Below are positions 12,570 to 22,600 of a stretch of DNA of 50,416 bases, piece after piece. The notes beneath the pieces were generated by a model. The model saw only the letters and a list, made by a program, of their open reading frames with translations, was not told the origin of the DNA and ran no database searches. Origin of the DNA: Girardia tigrina (lineage: Eukaryota); NCBI GenBank assembly GCA_001938485.1, contig MQRK01236397.1:1-50416 (forward strand), in the 5' to 3' direction. The first letter of the stretch is position 1. Each line of letters starts with the position of its first letter. The position numbers were made by a program, and so were the translations under genes.

Positions 12570-14420
12570 ACGTTCGATCTGCCGTCGGTTGGGACGCATA
12601 AGATTGCTTGAGAATCGTCATTCCATTGGCCGACTGCTTGGGTTGCAATTCGTGTTTCCAGTGAATAGTCTATCCAAGAAAATTTTTCGGTGGAACCTTC
12701 ATATCTCTTGCCCCCCCCATTTATAATCACACATTCTCCCTCTTCTGATCAGTCATGATCAGAATCATTAATTTCACCCACAATCAAACTCATCACACCT
12801 TTTTTCCTTTCTTCCCAAATACAACATTCAACATCATTCAAAAACTCAACTTCACATCATTCTTCATTCACTCACCAACGTTTGATATACCTAATTTTAT
12901 TTTATTCCCCTGTATTGTGAATCTCAGCCACCCAGATCGAAATACCTCCGCAATATTTACTCTTGATCCTCCAGTTAATCTCTTGCATAATCTTATTTAT
13001 ATGATATCGAAACTCATGGGTTTTCGTGACTTTCCTCTCTCCATCTGCCATCACATTTCCAATATGTGTTTCGAATTTCAAAATTTCTGCGAATGCTCAG
13101 CCAAATTCTTTATTGAAATATCTCCCGTTTTCTATTCTGTGGAAGCTCTCAATTTTGTATTCTTTTTGATTCCTTTCCATCCTACAAGCAATCTGTGAAA
13201 CAAAATAGCCAAGGAAATCAGAGATAGCGAACAGAACAAACACCAATAAACCAAATACACAAGAACCCAAACCTCCATGAGCAGCTTTGTTTGGATCCCC
13301 AGATCTCTTTAGACCTCTGAATTGAGCTTTATTACAAACGTCTCGTTTTTCGATATTAAACATCTCTTTCGGTACTCTCTGATCTAGACTATTCATTTTT
13401 GCTCCAATTTCTTTTGTATTGTTTATCATTTCGATCCATTTACACGTTTTAGTGATATCTTCGCAGTCACTTTCCTATTTTTGTTCGTTATGGAAATCGT
13501 GAATTGATAACGTTTCGTTGAGATTCTGATCCATTTGTAATTCTTCAACACTCACAACTTCAGTTGATTTATTCTGGGTTTCATTCTCTTCAAAATTGTC
13601 ATTTGACGAAATTACTGTTTCAAAATTGTCAACAATTGATTGATCAATTTGAATTTCAGACAAGTTCTGATGATCAACACTAACTTCGCAGATGTCTTTT
13701 CCGTTGTGACTCTCAAACTCCTTTTCGAATTCAACTGATTCTTGAAATTCGTTTTCGTGTTTTTCGGTGTTTATTTCCTTTGGAGAACTTTTTTCCGTAT
13801 GACCCATCTGTGAGAAAATTTGATTATCTGCTCCGAATTCCGCTAACCGTCTCTGCAATTTCCAATCATTTTCTGTGAGTCTATTTCCTCGTCAACTGTA
13901 GAATCTTTAATATGCTCTTTCTTTTTCTTTTCGTTTTCATTTTCATTTTATTCGATAATAACTTCATCATTAACATTTTCAAACACTCTCAACTCATCAA
14001 GAACTTCTATAGATTCTTCTTAATGCTGATCTCTTTTTTCTCTTGTTCAAGTGATTCTTGAACCATAATCTCTTGTTGTTCGACCGTAATTTCTTCGGGA
14101 TGTTGAGGAGGATTCTCAGGAGACTCTTCTCCATTCTCATATTCCTTGATTTGTTCCTCGATTTCCCTGTGCTCACAATGTTCCTCTTGCTCATCCTCAA
14201 CTACCTTTTGCATTCGATTTTCATGTTCCAACATTTTGATTTCGTTTTCATTAGATACATCTTTAATTTCCATCGACTGTTGAACACTTTCTTCAATTTT
14301 ATTTTAATATTTAATTTAATTAATATTTAATATTTAATTTAATAATTTTAATATTTATTCACACACATAACCATCATACCACGAACTTCGATAGACGAGC
14401 TGGTGCTGGGCCCATTTTTG
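12570..14420 (-). mobile_element. 5' internal region of an LTR retroelement: disrupted E/K/N/Q-rich accessory ORF with a hydrophobic segment
   Basis: Fragmented ORFs 14007-14273, 13475-13858, 13097-13429 (GSCVFGLLVFVLFAISDFLGYFV) and 12521-12730 lie downstream of an LTR end and PBS at 14403-14420. Confidence 0.6.
14403..14415 (-). promoter_or_regulatory. Primer-binding site complementary to the anticodon arm of initiator tRNA-Met
   Basis: Minus strand reads ...CCGTCACA-AAA-ATGGGCCCAGCAC. The plus strand GTGCTGGGCCCAT equals the conserved eukaryotic tRNAiMet segment ending at the CAU anticodon. Confidence 0.75.
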
Positions 14421-14840
14421 TGACGGTACAGCTCGTCGATCGAAGCTCGCATGGAATTTGGAAAAATAGTCAAAACGCTTGCTTATCTATTATTTATTTT
14501 TGTAATGACCTCTTTTTATTTCGACATCAATTTGAAGTTGGCGTGTGTGTGTACGTGTGATGGAATAACTAATGGGTCTCTGATTTTTTTTTGTTATGTG
14601 ATTTTTTCTTTGAGAATGAATGTTTTTTGTATTATTATTTATGTTATTTTTTTATATTTAACATTTCATTTTTGTCATATCTTTTAAATTAATTATTCTT
14701 ATCCATCACTGAATATTTCAAGTGATACAGAAATATTTGTGATCGATAAAAATATTGATGGCAAATTAATTTAAACAATAGTTAAAATAACAGATTTGTC
14801 GTCCCCAAAATAAAAGGAAAACAAATTTGTTATATTTACA
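14419..14840. mobile_element. LTR sequence(s), TG...CA, with an outward-facing PBS on each side
   Basis: Starts TGTGACGG at 14419 and ends TTTACA at 14840. A PBS abuts each end in opposite orientation. Confidence 0.6.
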
Positions 14841-14841
14841 T

Positions 14842-16290
14842 TGGTGTCAGAAGTGGGATGAACTCACAAAAACCCACATTTTCATTACATCTTTAATCAC
14901 AACAATCAAAATTACCTTATCATAAATATCAAGAACTGTTGCTTACTTAGAATAAATTTTACAAGTACAACTATCTCATTTTAAGAAATGCCTCCATACA
15001 AAATTAAATCCCCAGTACATAAACAAACTTTCTCAAACACAATACAACATTTAACAAACAATATACCAAACTATACAAACCATATTCGTTTTCAGGTCAC
15101 AATTCGTTTACAATTCACAAACAACACATTACAACATATAACAAACATATAACAAAAATAATATAAAAAAATAACTCAACATATAACAAAAATTCAAATA
15201 TTAAAACACTACAAAAAATTAATCGAAAATGCAAATATGTAGATTTTGAACCACTTGGTCCAAAAAATTGTAAAAATTGATAATAACATCCTAAAAAAAA
15301 GAAATTTCAGATCTCAAACGATACTTAAAAGAAAAAAATCAATATCCATAAAAGAAGAAACAGAAAACCATAAAGGGATTCTAGAAACATCAATAGAAAA
15401 AAACATGTTCTGCTGGTACCACACTAAGTTTAAAGGCAATGCACCCTTGCTCATTCAAACAAAAAAACATGCACAAAAACCAAGGATTCGAACGTTTTAC
15501 AACTCCAAAATAAAAAAGTTCATAAAAAAGATTATGTGGAAGAGATAAGAACACTGATACAAAAATGAGAAATCTTTTATAAAATATTGACTGTAACAAA
15601 ACCAAAACAGAATTTTTCGAAAAAAAGCAAGCAACACAAACCCAAAAAACCATATCCATGACAAAAATTATCAGAAAAATCTCTTCAAACTAGTAGAGAA
15701 AGAAACACTTACAAACCAAAACTTTCGATAAAGAAATACAAACATAATCAATATTAATTAGAAAATTCAGAGATAATTATTCACAAACCAAAGACACGGA
15801 ACACAATCAATTAAAACCAAGACTCCGAGAAATGTATACCAACCCATCAATAAATAAAAATAAATCAATTCAAACGAACATCATAACCATAAACAAAACT
15901 CAAAAATCAACAGACGTAATCGCGGAAAAGCAAAGCAACATCAATTCAAGTAGAGAATTCGAAGAATCAATAATGAAACCAAAACAAGATTTTGAAAAGA
16001 ATGAACAACACAGAAATAAACACAATAAATAACAACAAAAACTAAGTTAACAATTCAAACTTTGAAAAAGAAAAGATACTCATGAATCAAAACGTTTTTG
16101 AAATTGGAAAAGAAAATAAGGTAGAAATATATAAAGATTTTCTAGCATTGGTTAAAAACAATGTTAACGATACTTTCGAAGGACCCTATCAAATAATGGA
16201 TCAATTAAACAAGTCTTTTATTTTAAACATAGAAGGCAAAGCAATAACAATCAACTTTCTGTTCGACAAAGTCACAAAATGAAATAAACT
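14842..16290 (+). mobile_element. Degenerate non-autonomous gypsy element (tRNA-Leu PBS, gag and integrase-tail remnants)
   Basis: PBS TGGTGTCAGAAGTGGGAT at 14842-14859 (complement of the tRNA-Leu 3' end). Gag-type CWYHTKF motif at ~15410. Integrase GPY/F tail FEGPYQIMDQLNKSFILNIEGK at ~16175-16245. No RT is recognisable. Confidence 0.75.
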
Positions 16291-16726
16291 TCGATGTTTT
16301 CGTAGGCATTGAATTTTCAATGACTATTCTAGTTTACTTACACATCGAATAACTGAACCAACATAATAAACATCCTACAAAATCTTCAGCAGATGAGGAA
16401 AGTCAACGGTAAATACAACCTCGGTTATCTCACATTTTTTCGTTCCCCATTGAATAAGAGATATCTGAGTTCTACTGAACATATAAATAAATCCTGCTTG
16501 AATTTTGTTTCATATATTATTTATATAAATAAATAATTATAAAAAAATCATATTAATTGAAAATAAATATTCTTGAGACTATCCAGCAACAGTAAATTTA
16601 ATAAAAAATAAACCAGCAGAAATTAATATAATTGAAAACAATTGAATGAATACAAATGCACTGTAAGGAATTAAACAAAACAGTGAATAATAAAGAATAT
16701 CACTAGAACAGAATCATGAACGATTC

Positions 16727-19581
16727 TTATTGCCAGGATCTATAGAGAGCTCTTCTGGCAGCCAATCTTTGGGTTACAAAAGCTCCAATTATCATACCAA
16801 TTGTGACAGTTGCGATAAAAAGATAATCAAAATCTTCCTTCAGAATATCATACATTTTACTTGGGGCAATTTGAGTAAAAAACAAATCTGTAACTAAGAT
16901 TAAATTCATGTGAAACAAAAAAAATCAGAACCTAATCCATAAACAAATACCAAGCTGGTAGATTCTAATCCAGATGGACCAGCATAAATATTCTTCACCC
17001 GAGCAACACTTTGATTATAATTGATGATATTGTATGTTCTTATGGGAATCTCAGGCATATATGGTTCTATTCCTTCCTCTCTGAAAAACTCGTATTATGG
17101 TTATGAGTGATACAACTAAATTACAATAATTCTGGAGTCATAATTAAATTTCGTCTCGGATCCAAAAGAGCTTTTGGTAATTCCATTATCCCTCCTGTTT
17201 CCAGAGCCACTGAACAATTTTTATTTTAATAGTCAAATGAATACTTAATATATAAAAATTGTTCTAAATGATCTTTGTTTCCTTTGGCGCTATTTTCGCT
17301 CCTAGTTCATCGGCATTAAAATGAAATTTTTAAAATTGAAATTATAGACTATTTTTCATATTTACTAATGACAACACCTATTTTAGTCTAATATTGTATA
17401 TCAAGTAATCAAGCAAATTATACGGAAGATTTTTTTTGTCCAGTCATTATCAAGAGTTCTGATTTACTGAAAATGACGCACGATGAAAAGAGTAATCCAA
17501 AGTGGTTAATTGCAGAACTTCAGATGAGAATATTAAGTGAATTAATTTAACAAACGTTTATAAAATAAACATATTTAGATTCTTTAAATTATTATCAGTA
17601 AGTTGATAATTCTAATTATTTTTATATATCCGGACGATGTTTTCCCTTGACTAATCGTTACTAGTGACACTGCATTACATACCAAATTTATATTGGATGA
17701 AAAAATAAGACAGGGGTCGGGTTAAATCAGTGAGAAGATAGAAAGTAGAAACTGTCAAACAAATATCCAAACAATACCGTAAATGTGGTAATGTAGAAGC
17801 TGAAGCGTTGGATGATAGTGTTTGTATCAGTAATAGATGCGTTGGAAGATTGGATCACCAATATAATATCGTCCAAGGTTAAATCGATTAGTGTTTTCTC
17901 ACCAGTTTACGAAATGTGCATGTGAGAATGTAATAAAAAGTTAACATGAGAAAATCAAATTGATAATCAAAGCTGCATATGTTTTGCTTTAACAATATTT
18001 TCATTTTTGAAAACAAGAGTGGAGTAATTTTTATCACTTCGACATTTATGATACATACATACATTAATCAGTGCCACATAATTTTAAAACTGTCAACTGA
18101 AATATTAAAATTTTATTGATTTTAAACTCTGTTTTTATAATTTAATTTTTGCAAAATTTTTAAATTAAAACATTAAATTATTCAGCAAATCGAAAATTTA
18201 CACCAACCCTTCATAGGAGGTAAAGTAAATTCCAATTCACTAATCCTTTGGTGAACAGGATACAAACAGAATCTTGGATATCGGTGACAAAGAATTGCTA
18301 CAGGGATTATCCAAGGACACAATCTTTGGTCATGGAACGTTTGACAAAGTACCAAAAATGTTCTACCAACTTTATACTTGGCATGCCAAGATTGGCAATT
18401 CCTATCCACCCTGCATCTACTTTCTCCTTTTGAATAAAACAAAGGAAAGTAATATTTCAGAATGTTTGGGATTCTTAAATTACTTGTTCCCAACATGGCT
18501 CCTGAAAAGATATTGGTTGATTTTGAGAAGGCGTGAATCAAGGATGCTATTTTGGCTTTTCCAATGGCTGAAGTCAAATGTTGCTACTTCCACTTGTGTC
18601 ACAGTCTAGTCCGAAAAATTGGTTCATTTGGTCTGAAAACTGAATTTGACTGCAATCCTGAGTTCAAGTTGCAGGTTAAGTCCCTGGCTGCTCTGACAAC
18701 TGTTCCAATCCAGGAAATAAAGGATGTCTACAAAATCATTGGCAAGGAGTTCATCAATAATGATGACGATCTGCAAGATATAACATTTTGTTGACATACT
18801 TCTTTTCCACCTACATTGAAGGTCCACTTGGTATGGATCCTAAGTTTCCAATAAGACTTTGGAACCATTATGATGCAGCTGCTAAAGGTTCTCCTAAAAC
18901 AACCAACTGCTGTGAAGGTTTCCACAATGAACTCAATGCCATATTCAATTGTAGTCCTCCTAATATTTGGTTTTTGTTAGATGGTTTGGCTAAAGACATT
19001 GCTTGTAACAGATTGACACTTGTCAATGTAGTGGCAGGAAAACTAGAAGCCTTGAAAAAAAAGTATGCTAACCTTAATGATCTTATTCAAACTGAAGTCA
19101 ATGGATACAATATTGAGGGGAATAAAATCAAGTATCTGAGGAAATTGGCAAACCTACAGTAATCAGGTTTATAAATAATTTTCAATAAATGATTTATGGA
19201 TTTCTCTATTTCTTTTGATTTTTAGCTTGTTATTTTAAAAATATAAATAACTGTTATTTTTGAATCGCAATTTTACTATTAAAAAATGTTTTAGTTAATT
19301 GACGCAATTGTCTGGTCACCGTTAAAATCAACCAACAACCAGAAAAATAATTTCAGTCAACAATATGAAATTTCCCAACCATTAAAATTTTAACCTACTG
19401 ACGGACTCTGCGAATTCACATTAATATTGAACTTATTTAAAAAGAGGGCTATAATTTATAAAGATAAGCCAGATTCAAAGAAGAAAAACATATTGGATTG
19501 AGCCACAGATAACGTTTGAATTTTGAAATTCTATTTTCTTTAATTTTATGGATAAATTTAGTACCAATTATATTAGGAATC

Positions 19582-19626
<45 letters not shown>

Positions 19627-19632
19627 NGAATC

Positions 19633-19678
<46 letters not shown>

Positions 19679-22600
19679 GTTAAAACAAATAAAAAATAAC
19701 TAACAAAGGACACTTTTTGAAGTTATTCCTTTTTCTGTTACTGACACGGACGCGCGACGAATATAAGTACCAACTATATAACCTTGTTTTAAAACCACTG
19801 GTCCAGTTAGAATATTATCATCCCCAGATTCTATTCGACTTCTCTGTTTAGAAGAAAATTTCTTTGTTGTTGCTCTTTCACCACCAAGGATTGATAAAAT
19901 GTCAAAACCACTACCAACATCATTTTTATTGGATTTGATTGAACGCTTCAGCTGTTCTATATCAACATCTTTGATTTCGTATATTATTGAATCTGGAATT
20001 TCATATGGTTCGTACAACTCTAATACAGCAATTTCAGTTCTATGAGACCGCAAATTTTGGAAAGAATACTTAATAAATGAAAATATTTTAAAAAGTTCAT
20101 TACATTAATGAAAATAATAAAAAGTACAAACAACAAAACTTTGCAATATATAAAAAATTACATCAAGGTGCATTCAAAAAACAATTACAGTTAAATGTCT
20201 CTTAACCGCCAAAAATTCTGATTTTTCTCAATTTCACACAAAAAATTTTTATCAGTCGCCAATTTCTGTTATCCGCCATTTTTAAAAAAGGGCCCAGTAC
20301 AGGTTTGGAGAATGATGGAATGATTGTACGTGTGAGAATGATGAAAACATTGATCCTGGATCAAAACATCCAGATTTTAAAGTTTATGTTAATTTTTAAA
20401 TTATAGTAAAGTTCCACTTAATAACCATTTTTCTTAAAAATGGTGGTTAACAGAAATTGGCGGCTGATAGAAACTTATGTGAAATTAAGAAAACTGAACA
20501 GTTTTCGGTCGATTTAACACGTTGACTATCGTGTGTATCATAACTGATACACACTTGTTGCGCTCAGTGCGCCGCGGGTATCATTTTGTATACACAAAAA
20601 ATATTTTTGTTCTGGACGTGTGTATCTTACCAGAGCACGTTTAGCATAGCTTTCTTAGTTGGTTGGTGTGGCGTGAAGTAACACACGTAGAAACTTAATC
20701 GGCTTCCCGGCGTCTTTATTTTATTTAGTAGTTTTTGTTTATCGCCAATTTTTTGTCAGATCCTATGTCAGATTTTGGCGGTTAAGAGGAACTTTACTGT
20801 AATAAAAATAAATTATATCGAAATTATTATAAATTATCCAGGAAATTATTTCATTTGTGTATATTTTCTTTATAATATATAGAAAAACAATTCAATAAAT
20901 TTTGTAAAATATTGATGATAATATTTTATAAATTTTGAGGATAAATTTATTTTGCATTTCACTCATAAGTTTAACCGACAATACTAAAATTTAATAGTTT
21001 TTATTTAAGTGAAAGAGAATATTTACTTTTAGTAAAGTTTTTTAAATTTATATAAAAATCCAGCTATTGTTTCTTACAAATTGAAACCTATATTATGAGG
21101 GATGATTTAAACATTATATATAAAAATATAATTTTGTAATTACTTACCAATTCATCCATGTATTTTGATAGACAACATGAAAATTATTTTTCATTAAGGA
21201 ACTAAAGTAAATATACTCTCAATATTAATCCTGAAATCTATAAATAAGCATTCAATAAAATCATATCACACTTAGAAGGAAAGCGTAACAGCGGCATGAG
21301 TGAGAATGGGAAACAAAAAGAATTGATTTTAGTTGGTAAGAATTCTAGACTACTTCCAAAATTCTATCTATTAATGGAGTTTAGACAGTGCAACTCAAGG
21401 AAATTAAATAAATTAAATTCATATTTCAGTAAGACATGTACACTGAATTGAATTATTCAACCTACATTATTTTAATAAATCCAACATATTTTTTAAAATT
21501 GAAATAGTAAAATAAAAATGTCAGTGTCATCCTTTTTAACATTTTAGAAAAGAAATACAACTTCATTAAAATAATTCTAATCGTTGTAAGCCATTACAAA
21601 TATATTTCGAAATATTAAGTGTATCTAGTTTAGATATCATAGCTCAATTATAAGATAAAGTAATGAAATGTAAATAATATTTATACAAAATTTACCACAA
21701 TCCAGTTTTCAGATTGAACAAGATTAATTGGTCCACTTGCTTTCTTGTGGACAGTACTGTAAACAATTTTTCCAGTTACAACATCAATGAGGTAGATAGT
21801 AACAGCACCTTTATATAAACATACATTTTCATTAAATGAAGAAACAAATTAAACTTACAGTTTGGATTCGAAGAATTTTTACTTTCAGTCACAAGAGACA
21901 AAAGATTTGGATTTAAATACTTATAAAGAACATTTCTATCAGAAAGAATTCTTCCAACAGAATGAACTTGTTCTACAAAATAACAGATAAAGACTCCAAA
22001 AATAAAAATGTATTAACGTTAAACTCAATGTATTTGTAAAAAAAATTTCAAAGACTTAAGTATCGATATTAACCCTAATCCAACTGGGTAGTTTCACTAG
22101 TGTAACCTAATGAAATACAAATAGGTGACATGGTTCAATAAACACTTTTTAGTAAATGTCATCACTTCAAACATGAAATGTGTACAAAAGACACTACCCA
22201 GTTGGATTAGGGTTAATGATATTTTCATAATCACTTGTTAATTAAGAAATAATGATAATAAAAACTTTCGTTAAAAGATTAAAAAAAAGAAATTGAATTG
22301 TGAATTTGTTTACGGTAAAGTGAACTTTTTGTCTGATAATCCGTGTTTGTGTGCACTTTGTGTGTGTTTATGAGTGTGTGTTGTTAAACACCTTATTTTT
22401 TATAAATTTACTAATCTGGAAATCAGATATTAACTCATTTATGCCCAAAGGGTCGTTAAAGACGCACATTATATTTTGAGAACCGCTGATGTATAATTTT
22501 TAAAAATATTTTCCCCTATATATTTGGAGGTTTTTCAACAACTTTTCATTGAAAAATTTAGGCAAATCCGACATCAATAGTTCTGGGCACAAATGGGTTA

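Noticed and set aside
17292-17315. Degenerate hammerhead-like motif on the minus strand (CCGATGA..GAAA)
   Set aside because: The core is mutated, stem II is mismatched, and there are no supporting helices.
8940-19321. Inward-facing related MULE termini (CGGT(A/G)ACCAGACAATT) that could define a 10-kb macro-transposon carrying env and EMC1 3' exons
   Set aside because: There is no target-site duplication (ACTTTATAT versus TTAAAATCA), similarity ends after ~16 bp, and the EMC1 gene runs continuously across the right end. Two independent insertions are simpler.
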